In this document: piece by piece, positions 27,755 through 36,812 of the stretch
Layout: each line of letters starts with the position of its first letter
Numbering within the stretch: position 1 is the first letter of the stretch
DNA from: Pseudomonadales bacterium
GTDB taxonomy: Bacteria > Pseudomonadota > Gammaproteobacteria > Pseudomonadales > Balneatricaceae
DNA: 64,000 nucleotides
NCBI GenBank assembly: GCA_049625185.1
Contig: JBMZUZ010000007.1
Coordinates: 32,704 to 96,703 of the forward strand
Direction of reading: 5' to 3'
Notes under the pieces: generated by a model
Seen by the model: the letters and a program-made list of their open reading frames with translations, nothing else
The model's database searches: none
What the model was told of the DNA's origin: nothing
Program-made: the position numbers and the translations under genes

Positions 27755-28318
27755 TCAGAACTTAAACCTTAACCCTAAAGCCATGCTTTCAATAAGGTCT
27801 TCACTTGAAGCCTTGAAATTAATCATCATATTGTCAGCTATCTGAAAATCCGCACCAAATTCAGTGACCATACTGGCACCTTTATCAGAAGAGTTGAGTA
27901 AGCCAAAGTTAAGATTCACTTTGTCGTTCATCTTTGTATGCATTTGGATCCCATAAACTGTTACAGTATTATCAAGTGCCATTGAATAACCAGACCAATC
28001 AGCTGTCATACCCCTATTGCGACTACCAAGGGTAAATTTTGCGTCAAAAGTCTCATTGATATTTCTAATGTACCCTACGTTTATCATGGTCTCATCAAGG
28101 GTGATATCGTAGCCATTTATGGTGTTAGCTATTGAATATGTTTTAACATTTAACTCAATATTTTCTGCAAGCTCCATAGAACCACCCAGTTCAAAACCTG
28201 AAAAAGAGAAGCCGTTTAAATCCATATTGATGTAGCTAGCTGTTGCTGTATTAGCCATCACAAATTGTGGCATAGACAATGCGATAGTACTAATAACAAT
28301 GGTTAAGAATTTCTTCAT
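27755..28318 (-). CDS. Small outer-membrane beta-barrel protein (OmpW/OmpA-beta-barrel-like)
   Basis: Start at MKKFLTIVISTIALSMPQFVMA (ATG 28318, AGGAG upstream). It has alternating amphipathic strands and the C-terminal beta-signal …LGLRFKF. Confidence 0.7.
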   Translation of the reverse strand: MKKFLTIVISTIALSMPQFVMANTATASYINMDLNGFSFSGFELGGSMELAENIELNVKTYSIANTINGYDITLDETMINVGYIRNINETFDAKFTLGSRNRGMTADWSGYSMALDNTVTVYGIQMHTKMNDKVNLNFGLLNSSDKGASMVTEFGADFQIADNMMINFKASSEDLIESMALGLRFKF

Positions 28319-28431
28319 ATCTACTCCTAAATTTATAGAAAGATTACCAAGCACATTATTGTGCTAAGCATCTTGAAATAAAGTTAGTACAGAATTGGTG
28401 ATTTGCAGAAAAGAGTGGCTAATGATTCAAA

Positions 28432-29295
28432 TCATTCTTTATGCCAAGATTGATATAAAACAGCTAATTCTGGTGCATTAGCTGCTAATAACCCTAGCAA
28501 TTCTGGATCAAATTGACTTGGCCATAAATAACCGTCACCGCGAAGCAATTTCTGCATACTTAGCTCATGACTTAATGCCTTAGCATAGCTTTTATGGCGG
28601 CGTAGGCCTGTGTAGCTATCATAGAGTTTTGCCATGCGGGCAATGGGGTGGATTTGTTCGCCCTGTAATTGTGCTGGGTACCCTGTGCCATCAAAATGTT
28701 CGTGATGTTCGGCTATGATCTGGGCTGCTAAAGGGTCTTGTGGCGCTAATAGTTGGGCACCGGTGATGGTATGACAAGCTAGTTGGGCATGCTGTAAAGG
28801 CGTGAGTTTATGTGATTGTTGCAGACGCTTAAACTGAGCTAATTGAAGGGCTATATCACGCCAGACAAGCGTTTCTTTGGCCTGTTCACGCAGATCTTTA
28901 TCCCAAATATCTTTGGTCAGCAAATCGACAAAAGGGCCAATAAAATGATCCTTTTTAGGTGCTAGGGATTGGCTATCATTGGTGTTGAACATATCCTCAA
29001 TGGGCTCTATACCTGCCAACCATTGGGCAAAGGTATTATGTTGTAGAGGCGCTGTAGCGATATAGCCACATCTTAGCTGTAGTGCCCGTATAGTCTTAGC
29101 AATAGTCAGTTGGCTATCTAATAAAAGCCAATGATAGGGCGCTATGGTGGTCTTTATTGGTTGTGATAATTGAGAAAAATTTAGTATAAGGCGATCGGCA
29201 TTATTGGCATCGTCAGTGATGGTATGGCCCAGCGCATCTAGCCAAACCTCTAGAGCGCTGGTTAGTTCCGAACTTAATAGGCTGGCTATACGCAT
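28432..29295 (-). CDS. HD-GYP-domain protein with a substituted HD dyad (RD) and a receiver-like N-terminus lacking the acidic pocket
   Basis: HHEHFDGTGYP, HTITGAQLL and KLYDSYT align with the RpfG-type HD-GYP. The position of LHDIGK reads WRDIAL. Confidence 0.7.
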   Translation of the reverse strand: MRIASLLSSELTSALEVWLDALGHTITDDANNADRLILNFSQLSQPIKTTIAPYHWLLLDSQLTIAKTIRALQLRCGYIATAPLQHNTFAQWLAGIEPIEDMFNTNDSQSLAPKKDHFIGPFVDLLTKDIWDKDLREQAKETLVWRDIALQLAQFKRLQQSHKLTPLQHAQLACHTITGAQLLAPQDPLAAQIIAEHHEHFDGTGYPAQLQGEQIHPIARMAKLYDSYTGLRRHKSYAKALSHELSMQKLLRGDGYLWPSQFDPELLGLLAANAPELAVLYQSWHKE

Positions 29296-29306
29296 AACGT
29301 GTTTAA

Positions 29307-30296
29307 TTAAGTATTGCTGTTATCTTGCGGCAGGCAAATAGTAAAGCAGGTATGCCCAGGCTGGGAGGTAAGTGTTAGTTGTCCACCTAATTCGTCTACT
29401 AGATCGCGACATAGGGCTAAACCAAGACCTGTGCCATGGTGTTGTTTATTGGTAAAGTAGGGGGTAAAAATCTTCTCTTGCAGGGATTCAGGAATGCCGG
29501 GGCCATTATCAATTACTTGCAGTTGGTAGGTATCTTCCACATGCTTAAGGACCAAGCTAATTTCACCCTGGTCGGCCTGTTCAAGGATGGCATCGCGACC
29601 GTTATTGATTAAATTAATCAGTACTTGCTCAAAACGCTGGGCTTGCCCAAATAACAAGCTGCTAGGTAAAGGTTGTTGTAAGCTAAGCTGCACACCTTGT
29701 TGCTGTAACTGGCTTGCTAACAGCTTATGGATTTGTTTAATGCTGTCTGCTAAGTCAAATTGCTGGTGACTGATAGGCTGATGGCCCACCAGCTGGCGCA
29801 TATTAACCAAAGTGCTGGCACATCGCTCTATCTGATTGTCGAGCTCCAGCAAATGCTTGGGTAAATCGTTAACAACACCTATCTTAGCTAGCTCCTGAAG
29901 ACCAAACAAACGTAGGCGCATGGCGTTTAGAGGTTGATTTATTTCATGGCAAATCCCCGCCATTACTTGCCCAACGGAGGCCAGTCGAGACTCATGTTGC
30001 CATTGTTCAATTTGTCTTTGTAGGTTCGGTTGGGGTGAGATAATCCATATGATCTCTTGTTGCGCAGCTTGACCTAGCCATAGGTTGGTAGATTGGTTGC
30101 TGGCTGTCACAAACATAGCCTGTGAGGATTTGGCATTGCTTTTAAGCTGTTGCCATTGATCTTGGCCCAGCAGTTGGATGAGGTCTGTTTCTTTACCTTG
30201 GGCACCAAGACCCAGCAATTGCTGGGCGGGTGAGTTGGCAGCAAATGTTTTGTTGTCTGTGTTGAAGTTTAGCTGATTAAAAGTGTTTTCTGTCAT
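29307..30296 (-). CDS. Cytoplasmic sensor histidine kinase (HisKA + HATPase_c, no TM segments)
   Basis: H-box GICHEINQPLNAM, N-box LINLINNGRDA, G1 DNGPGIP, G2 GTGLGLALC. No hydrophobic segment occurs in the about 110-aa N-terminal region. Confidence 0.85.
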   Translation of the reverse strand: MTENTFNQLNFNTDNKTFAANSPAQQLLGLGAQGKETDLIQLLGQDQWQQLKSNAKSSQAMFVTASNQSTNLWLGQAAQQEIIWIISPQPNLQRQIEQWQHESRLASVGQVMAGICHEINQPLNAMRLRLFGLQELAKIGVVNDLPKHLLELDNQIERCASTLVNMRQLVGHQPISHQQFDLADSIKQIHKLLASQLQQQGVQLSLQQPLPSSLLFGQAQRFEQVLINLINNGRDAILEQADQGEISLVLKHVEDTYQLQVIDNGPGIPESLQEKIFTPYFTNKQHHGTGLGLALCRDLVDELGGQLTLTSQPGHTCFTICLPQDNSNT

Positions 30297-30319
30297 TAAA
30301 ATCCGCTAACTGTTAAGGG

Positions 30320-30913
30320 TCAATTTATGGCACTAGCAATCAGCGCCTTGAGTTCTTCCACTGGTATTGGCTTATGTAATAATGGGATGCCTGCTGGTAA
30401 ACCACGGGCATTGATTTCATCGTCACTCATGCCAGTAATAACGATGGGCTTGATAAAATCGTATTGCTCATTATTTTGTAACCTATCCAGTATAGCAAAG
30501 CCATCCAATTGTGGCATTTGCAAGTCGGTAATAAGTACACAGGGGCGCATAGAGCCAATTTTAACTAGTGCATCAACACCATTGACTGCGGTCTCAATAT
30601 GTAAGCTGGGATACCAGTTACTGACTAACATTTTATACAGTAATAAGGTGTCTTGGTCGTCATCAACAATAAGCACAGCACTTTTTTGTGAGGCACCAAA
30701 GGGACGGGGGATAGGGGTTTGTCTATCCTGCTTTTCTTCTAGTAGTTGTTGTACAGAGCCAACACTAATTCGACGGTGGCCACCAATGGTCTTCCAAGCT
30801 TGCAGGGTACCATTCTCCACCCACAATTGGACGGTACGTACAGATACGTTAAGTAGCTTTGCTGTTTGTCGAGTGGTGAGCTCGGACATTTTATTTAATT
30901 CAGCAGCATCCAT
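30320..30913 (-). CDS. Response regulator with an N-terminal excisionase/MerR-type HTH and a C-terminal receiver domain
   Basis: LTTRQTAKLLNVSVRTVQLWVENGTLQAWKTIGGHRRI matches the HTH_17 type. The REC domain follows with VLIVDDD, the phospho-acceptor context LITDLQMPQLDG, and a conserved K in LHKP. Confidence 0.8.
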   Translation of the reverse strand: MDAAELNKMSELTTRQTAKLLNVSVRTVQLWVENGTLQAWKTIGGHRRISVGSVQQLLEEKQDRQTPIPRPFGASQKSAVLIVDDDQDTLLLYKMLVSNWYPSLHIETAVNGVDALVKIGSMRPCVLITDLQMPQLDGFAILDRLQNNEQYDFIKPIVITGMSDDEINARGLPAGIPLLHKPIPVEELKALIASAIN

Positions 30914-30931
30914 TTGTATTACCTTTTTTTG

Positions 30932-30959
30932 ATAATGTTTGTTCGGTTTATAGTGTCAA
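30932..30959 (-). promoter_or_regulatory. Putative sigma70 promoter of the regulator-kinase-HD-GYP operon (TTGACA-16-CATTAT)
   Basis: The minus strand reads TTGACA (complement of 30954-30959), a 16-nt spacer, then CATTAT (30932-30937), ending about 18 nt upstream of the ATG at 30913. It is bracketed by an 8-bp inverted repeat. Confidence 0.4.
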
Positions 30960-31105
30960 TATTATCAAAATTGCTAATTTTTAATAGTATTTTTTTGCAA
31001 TAACTACTTGAAATAGCCTTTTTTACGTTTTTTAGGGCATAAAAAGCACCCTTTCAGTATCATTTTTAATAGTGAGAAGACGGTTGTCGAAGTTATTGTT
31101 GGCAC

Positions 31106-32380
31106 TTAATCGTGGGCTTGCCAAGTTGCTTTGCCATGCTGCAATGTAAGCGTAACCCGCCCCGTGAGCGAGTTATTTTGCAAACATTGGTTAGCGCCTT
31201 GGCTTTGTTGAGCAGTACTCGTTAATTGCCAAGATAGATTAGGGTCAATTAAACATAAGTTTGCCACAGCACCAAGGGTAAGCCCGTTTGCTTCAAGTCC
31301 TAATAGAGTCCTTGGTTGTTTACTTAACGCAGCAGTCAGTTGCAATAAGCTGAGGTCCGTTTCTGCTGCCAAGCTTAATAGTAAGGGCATAAAGATATCG
31401 TATATGGCCATGCCTGTTGCGGTATCAGCAAAGGGGGCCTGCTTGGCGGCTGCTTCATGGGGCTGGTGTGCGGAAACGATGGCATCAATCGTGCCATCAG
31501 CAAGTCCAGCTATTAAGGCTTGACGATCACTTTCATGGCGCAGGGGTGGTTGCACATGATACTGGCTACTATAACCCTGCACTTGCTGTTCTGTATAACA
31601 CAGGTGAGCCAGATCGACGTCAGCACTGATGGCCAGACCTTGGGCTTTAGCTTGACGTAGCATCTCAACACCAGCAGCACTGCTAAGCTGTTGGAAGTGG
31701 CAGCTAACACCGGTGTGTTGCATCATTTGTAGATGACGACTAATCGCCAGTGTTTCAGCAATAACCGGTATACCATTCAGCCCCAATTGGGTGGCCAAGA
31801 TGCCATCATGCATATGACCATGGGATAGTGCTGCATCCCGTGCTTGGACAAATATTTTTAACTTATAGGTAGCCGCATATTCGTAGCAGCGCAGTAGCAC
31901 AGTGTTATCAGTAATATCATAACCAGCATTACTAAAAGCCACTGCCCCTGCTTTATTAAGCCCTAACATATTACTTAAATGGGTGCTTTTTAGGCCTTGG
32001 GTAAGGGCTCCTATAGGCAATACTTGGCAATATCCAGCTTGCTTGGCACGATCTTGGACAAGTTCTAATACAGCTGTGCTATCACTGGCAGGTTGGGTAT
32101 CTGGGCTAGGCAACAGGGTACCAAAGCCGGCACTGGCAGCGGCACGGGTTTCCGAAGCAATGGTACCTTTTTGGCTATTGCCAGGTTGGCGCAGGTAGGC
32201 CAACAGGTCAGTAAAATTAGGACAGAGTATCTGACCTTTGGCTTCGATAACTTGTGCGTCTGCTATATTTAGTTCGGCAGCTATGGCTTGTATATTGCCA
32301 TCGGCAATATGCACATCCATTATGGCATCCAGCTGCTGATATGGGTCTACTACACGCGCTTGGCGTATAAGCATATTCAT
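31106..32380 (-). CDS. pyrC': Dihydroorotase-like protein, probably non-catalytic PyrC' (ATCase structural subunit)
   Basis: 424 aa, translationally coupled to pyrB (4-nt overlap). The position of the DxHxH metal motif reads [10 protein letters not shown]. Confidence 0.75.
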   Translation of the reverse strand: MNMLIRQARVVDPYQQLDAIMDVHIADGNIQAIAAELNIADAQVIEAKGQILCPNFTDLLAYLRQPGNSQKGTIASETRAAASAGFGTLLPSPDTQPASDSTAVLELVQDRAKQAGYCQVLPIGALTQGLKSTHLSNMLGLNKAGAVAFSNAGYDITDNTVLLRCYEYAATYKLKIFVQARDAALSHGHMHDGILATQLGLNGIPVIAETLAISRHLQMMQHTGVSCHFQQLSSAAGVEMLRQAKAQGLAISADVDLAHLCYTEQQVQGYSSQYHVQPPLRHESDRQALIAGLADGTIDAIVSAHQPHEAAAKQAPFADTATGMAIYDIFMPLLLSLAAETDLSLLQLTAALSKQPRTLLGLEANGLTLGAVANLCLIDPNLSWQLTSTAQQSQGANQCLQNNSLTGRVTLTLQHGKATWQAHD

Positions 32381-33375
32381 TGGCTGGCCTCCATTACCTG
32401 ACGCTGTTGCATTTGGCCACTCATAGCCATGGACATCACCGCCATGCGGATAGCGATGCCATAGCCTACCTGATTAAGAATTAGAGACTGCTTACCATCA
32501 GCAACTTCAGATTCAATTTCTATGCCGCGATTAATAGGACCTGGGTGCATCACAATAGCATCTGGTTTGGCTTTACTGAGACGCTGACGAGTTAGGCCAT
32601 AAGCTTGATAATATTCACTTGCGGATGGTAAAAAGGCGGAGTCCATGCGCTCTGTTTGCAGGCGCAACATAATAATAACGTCGACATCTTCAAGGCCTTT
32701 ATCAAGGTCATTGTAAGTGGTGACACCAAGATCTTCTGCGGCTGTTGGTAGTAATGTGTTAGGGCCAATTAGACGTACATCCTGGCAGCCAAGGGTTGTC
32801 AACGCATGGACTTGGTCACGGGCTACCCGAGAATGCAAAATATCGCCCACAATGGCCACCTTTAGTTGGTCAAAAGAGGCCTTATGGCGATAGATAGTGA
32901 GCATATCTAACATAGCTTGAGTTGGATGCGCATGGCGGCCATCGCCGGCGTTAATAATGGCAACATTAGGCGTCACTTGTTGAGCAATAAAATGGGCGGC
33001 ACCCGATTGACTGTGTCGTACCACAAACATATCACTGTGCATGGCTCGCAGGTTACGCAGGGTGTCGAGGAGAGATTCGCCCTTACTGGTGGCTGAGGTG
33101 TTGATATCTAGATTTAGCACATCAGCAGATAAGCGTTGGGCAGCTAGCTCAAAGGTGCTTCGGGTGCGAGTCGAGTTCTCAAAAAATAGATTTACCACCG
33201 TTTTGCCACGCAATAGCGGCACTTTTTTTACTTCCTGATTGCCCACCACCACAAAAGAGTTGGCAGTATCGAGTATGCGCTCTAGAAGTGTTTTTGGGAG
33301 CCCATCAATACTTAAGAAGTGGCGTAGTTCGCCAGTTTCAGTCAGTTGTAATTGGGCGCTAGGAGGCAGATTCAT
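32377..33375 (-). CDS. pyrB: Aspartate carbamoyltransferase catalytic chain
   Basis: Motifs: STRTR ([11 protein letters not shown]), HPTQ ([10 protein letters not shown]), HPGP (MHPGPINRG). ATG 33375 is preferred over the TTG at 33390. Confidence 0.92.
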   Translation of the reverse strand: MNLPPSAQLQLTETGELRHFLSIDGLPKTLLERILDTANSFVVVGNQEVKKVPLLRGKTVVNLFFENSTRTRSTFELAAQRLSADVLNLDINTSATSKGESLLDTLRNLRAMHSDMFVVRHSQSGAAHFIAQQVTPNVAIINAGDGRHAHPTQAMLDMLTIYRHKASFDQLKVAIVGDILHSRVARDQVHALTTLGCQDVRLIGPNTLLPTAAEDLGVTTYNDLDKGLEDVDVIIMLRLQTERMDSAFLPSASEYYQAYGLTRQRLSKAKPDAIVMHPGPINRGIEIESEVADGKQSLILNQVGYGIAIRMAVMSMAMSGQMQQRQVMEASQ

Positions 33376-33886
33376 CGGTGGTTCGCTCAATAAGGGTTAG
33401 CTGCAAAGGCTCTGGGCCTTCTAGTTGCAGGTATTGATTAGCGGTCACCAGTAGCTCCAGAGCACAGGCATCGGCTTGAATAGGAAGTTGGCGGCCATTA
33501 ATAGCACACAGGGTGGCTAGTTTTATACTTGCTGGGCGGCCATAGTCAAACAGCTCGTTCAGAGCTGCACGAATAGTGCGCCCTGTCATCAGTACATCAT
33601 CAACGAGGATAATATGCCGATTATTAATATCAAAAGGCAAGCTCGAAGGGTTTACTTTTGGATTTAAACCTTGCTGGGTGAAGTCGTCGCGATAAAAACT
33701 AATATCAAGTTTGCCAAGGGGTGCGTTAAGGGTTTTAGCTAAGGTCTCTGCTAGCCAAGCGCCACCAGTATGGATGCCGATCACTAGCGGATCTTGTATT
33801 TGATGATGCTTAATTAATTGGCTTACTTGCTGTACTAAGTCAGCCACTAGGGAGGGGGTGTCGGGTAGCTGAGGCGGTTGTGCCAT
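33359..33886 (-). CDS. pyrR: Bifunctional pyrimidine operon regulator / uracil phosphoribosyltransferase PyrR
   Basis: 175 aa with PRPP-binding motif [17 protein letters not shown]. It lies upstream of pyrB-pyrC', as in Pseudomonas. Confidence 0.88.
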   Translation of the reverse strand: MAQPPQLPDTPSLVADLVQQVSQLIKHHQIQDPLVIGIHTGGAWLAETLAKTLNAPLGKLDISFYRDDFTQQGLNPKVNPSSLPFDINNRHIILVDDVLMTGRTIRAALNELFDYGRPASIKLATLCAINGRQLPIQADACALELLVTANQYLQLEGPEPLQLTLIERTTDESAS

Positions 33887-33889
33887 TGC

Positions 33890-34348
33890 TTATCCTTGCT
33901 CCTTAAAGGGTTGCGATGCCAGTCGGTGTTCTTGTTCGTCGAACCACGACTTTAAAATCAGTTGCGCTGCTATGCCATCAACGCCATTTTTCTTCCAGTT
34001 AGTGCCGCCACCTTGGGCTAGATGCACTTCTTTGGCTGCATAAGTTGAGAGTCTTTCGTCTACCACATAACTCGGAAGATCAAAGCGGCTAGCTAAGCGG
34101 TTGGCAAATTTTCGCGCTCGGTGAGCCATCTCTCCTACAGAACCGTCAATATTATAAGGAATTCCGACCACAAATGCTTGTATTTGCCACTCTTTTACCA
34201 TTTTATTTACTTGTTGCCAGTCTGGAATACCGTCACGAGCATTAATCGGCGGCAAAATAACCGGCTCAGTACTGGCTTGGCTGGCAAAAGCAGCACCGAT
34301 ACGTTTGCTGCCAAAGTCAAAACCCAGCAAGTTTATATGCTCAGCCAT
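33890..34348 (-). CDS. ruvX: Putative pre-16S rRNA nuclease / Holliday junction resolvase-like YqgF (RuvX)
   Basis: Starts MAEHINLLGFDFGSKRIGAA at ATG 34348, overlapping the yqgE stop by 8 nt. The track's 41-aa N-terminal extension runs into yqgE and is rejected. Confidence 0.88.
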   Translation of the reverse strand: MAEHINLLGFDFGSKRIGAAFASQASTEPVILPPINARDGIPDWQQVNKMVKEWQIQAFVVGIPYNIDGSVGEMAHRARKFANRLASRFDLPSYVVDERLSTYAAKEVHLAQGGGTNWKKNGVDGIAAQLILKSWFDEQEHRLASQPFKEQG

Positions 34349-34916
34349 GTCCCACCTGAGTGGAGATAAGATTGATATCAATACCCAATAATTGTTCGGC
34401 AGCACTAAAACGTTTATCAGCCGGTGTGCTGAACATGATATCAGCGTCAAAGGGGCAGCATAGCCAAGCATTTTGCACTATTTCATCTTCTAGCTGGCCG
34501 GGACCCCAGCCAGCATAACCTAAAGCAATAAGACTATGTTCTGGGCCAGCGTCATGGGCGATATCATCAATAACATCGATAGAGGTAGTTAGGCATAGGT
34601 TATTAGCCAATTGAATACTCGATTGCCATTTTTTATTAGGCAATGGTGTATGCAATACAAAACCGTGCTCAGGTTTAACTGGGCCACCAGTAAAAATAGG
34701 CTGTTCGAGATTTGTTGCTAGCTGTTCGGAAATATTCAGTTGCGGCAAAATATCGGCAAAGGCAACTTCGGTGGTATGGTTGATGATCAAACCCATAGCA
34801 CCTTGCTCATTATGCTCACAGATATAAATCAAACTGCGATGAAATGGCCCCTCATCCAGTTGTGGCATAGAAATAAGCATCGAGTTATGTAAACTGCCTT
34901 TAAGCTGTTCGGTCAT
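34341..34916 (-). CDS. yqgE: YqgE/AlgH-family protein (UPF0301)
   Basis: 191 aa. FHRSLIYICEHNEQGAMGLIIN is typical of the family. The gshB-yqgE-ruvX synteny is conserved. Confidence 0.85.
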   Translation of the reverse strand: MTEQLKGSLHNSMLISMPQLDEGPFHRSLIYICEHNEQGAMGLIINHTTEVAFADILPQLNISEQLATNLEQPIFTGGPVKPEHGFVLHTPLPNKKWQSSIQLANNLCLTTSIDVIDDIAHDAGPEHSLIALGYAGWGPGQLEDEIVQNAWLCCPFDADIMFSTPADKRFSAAEQLLGIDINLISTQVGHG

Positions 34917-34984
34917 AATGCTCCCTGAAACAATTCTTAGAATATGTCCTGTAAGCTTAGTTTAACATAAGCTTACAGTTCGTC

Positions 34985-35956
34985 TTAGTTACTAGTATTG
35001 TTATCACTATTGGCAATTGTGTGTTCAAGATGTGCCATTAGCTGCCCAGCGATATCAGAACCAGTCTGCTTGTCTAGTTCACGAATGCAAGTCGGACTAG
35101 TGACATTAATTTCGGTTAAATAATCACCGATTACATCAAGCCCAACAAAATGTAGGTTTTTCGCCCTAAGAGTAGGTCCCACTTGGGCACAGATCCAGCG
35201 GTCACGTTCACTTAATGGCTGTGCGACGCCAGCACCGCCAGCCGCCAAATTGCCTCGAGTTTCACCCGATGAAGGGATGCGGGCTAAGGCATAATCAACG
35301 GGTTCACCATTGATCATTAAAATACGTTTATCACCTTGTTTAATTTCAGGTAAAAAACGTTGCGCCATAATTTGCTGTTGGCCAAATTGCGTTAAGGTTT
35401 CCAGAATGACATTAATATTGGCATCGTCTGGCTTAACGCGGAAAATTGAGGCACCACCCATACCATCCAAGGGCTTGTAAATGACATCACCATATTGCTG
35501 ATGGAAATCTTTTAGCAGCTTTGGGTCACGGGCCACCAAAACTTCTGGGCAGCATTCAGGGAAATGGGTGGCAAAGAATTTTTCATTACAGTCGCGCAAA
35601 CTTTGAGGCTTGTTAACAATCAGGCTGCCAGCACGCTCTGCTAGTTCCAAAATATGGGTAGCATAAAGGAACTCGTTATCAAAGGGCGGATCCTTACGCA
35701 TTAAAATAATATCAAGGTCTGCTAGTGGTTGCGTGCTAATTGCGCCAAGGGTATAAAAATTTTCTGGCTCTCTGCGGACTTGTAAAGGCGCCATATTGCC
35801 CATGCCCACACCCTGTTGAGCAAACAAATGCTGAGGCTCCATATAGAATAGTTCCCAGCCGCGATCCTGGGCAGCCCAAAGCATGGCTAGGGAGCTGTCC
35901 TTTTGGTAGTTAATGGCACTTATGGGATCCATAACGATGCCAAGGCGAATAGACAT
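34985..35956 (-). CDS. gshB: Glutathione synthetase (prokaryotic ATP-grasp type)
   Basis: 323 aa. N-terminus MSIRLGIVMDPISAINYQKDSS, and ATP-grasp C-terminus GLDVIGDYLTEINVTSPT. Confidence 0.92.
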   Translation of the reverse strand: MSIRLGIVMDPISAINYQKDSSLAMLWAAQDRGWELFYMEPQHLFAQQGVGMGNMAPLQVRREPENFYTLGAISTQPLADLDIILMRKDPPFDNEFLYATHILELAERAGSLIVNKPQSLRDCNEKFFATHFPECCPEVLVARDPKLLKDFHQQYGDVIYKPLDGMGGASIFRVKPDDANINVILETLTQFGQQQIMAQRFLPEIKQGDKRILMINGEPVDYALARIPSSGETRGNLAAGGAGVAQPLSERDRWICAQVGPTLRAKNLHFVGLDVIGDYLTEINVTSPTCIRELDKQTGSDIAGQLMAHLEHTIANSDNNTSN

Positions 35957-36084
35957 ATTTTATTCCTGTATATGGAGGCTAGTTAGTCTAGTTAGTATAG
36001 GCCCGATAGTGTTTCTTATATAGCGGTTTTAGGCACAAATTCAATAGCAACTAACACTATAATACGCTTTTTGTAGGCGCTAAT

Positions 36085-36810
36085 TTAGTAATCGCCCCAC
36101 AGATGCTGCAGCATCCCAAGACAAGCAACAGGGGCTGTTTCTGTACGTAATATTCTTGGGCCTAAGCTGATAGCTTGAAAGTGGTGCTGTTTTGCTGAGG
36201 ATACTTCTGTATCTGTTAAACCACCTTCAGGGCCAATCAGTAAGGCACATGAGGTTGGCTTAGCCACACTATTAATAGCCACCGTTTGGTGGGGGTGCAA
36301 AACGAGTTTCTGCTCCGCCTGCACCTGTTGTAGCCAATCTGATAGTGCCCATGGTGGGTGAATCAAAGGGATTTCACTACGCCCACTTTGCTCGCTAGCG
36401 CTAATACTTATTTGGCGCCAATGTAGTAAACGCTTGTCTAAACGTTTGGGATCTAGCTTAACTTCACAGCGATCACTAAACAAAGGGGTAATTTCATTTG
36501 CCCCCATTTCCGTGGCTTTTTGAATGGCGTAGTCCATACGATCACCGCGCGACATCACTTGTCCAAGGTGAGTATAAAGAGGAGAGAGTGACAACCCTAG
36601 CTGGCTCGATTCGATAGTGACAACCACAGTTTTTTTGGTCACTTGGGTAATCAGTGCAGCATATTCCTGGCCATCACCATTAAATAGAATAACTGCTTGG
36701 CCAGCTTTGGCCCGCAATACTTTGCCCAAATAGTGGCTCGTCTCTGGCGGCAGTTCCACAGTGGTGTCTGTCGCCAGAGTTGAGTTCACATATAGGCGTG
36801 TAGTGCGCAA
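36085..36810 (-). CDS. rsmE: 16S rRNA (uracil1498-N3)-methyltransferase RsmE
   Basis: 241 aa, TTG start 2 nt after the metK stop. It has an MRTTRLYV-type N-terminus and a C-terminal SPOUT knot (LLIGPEGGLTDTEV … LGPRILRTETA). Confidence 0.85.
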   Translation of the reverse strand: MRTTRLYVNSTLATDTTVELPPETSHYLGKVLRAKAGQAVILFNGDGQEYAALITQVTKKTVVVTIESSQLGLSLSPLYTHLGQVMSRGDRMDYAIQKATEMGANEITPLFSDRCEVKLDPKRLDKRLLHWRQISISASEQSGRSEIPLIHPPWALSDWLQQVQAEQKLVLHPHQTVAINSVAKPTSCALLIGPEGGLTDTEVSSAKQHHFQAISLGPRILRTETAPVACLGMLQHLWGDY

Positions 36811-36812
36811 GT

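Noticed and set aside
30327-30932. 201-aa plus-strand ORF covering the whole response-regulator gene
   Set aside because: It is antisense to a gene with clear HTH and REC motifs. Its translation is Ser/Cys/Leu-rich with low complexity and no recognisable motif, so it is a typical shadow ORF.
33890-34471. Track version of ruvX with a 41-aa N-terminal extension; likewise N-terminal extensions of panB (to 57360), tesA (from 156), ftsY (to 4836), gdhB (to 11756), sdaA (from 12589) and ispA (from 17397)
   Set aside because: The extensions overlap the upstream gene or lack family-typical sequence. Internal ATG or GTG codons give canonical N-termini, several of them with good Shine-Dalgarno sequences.
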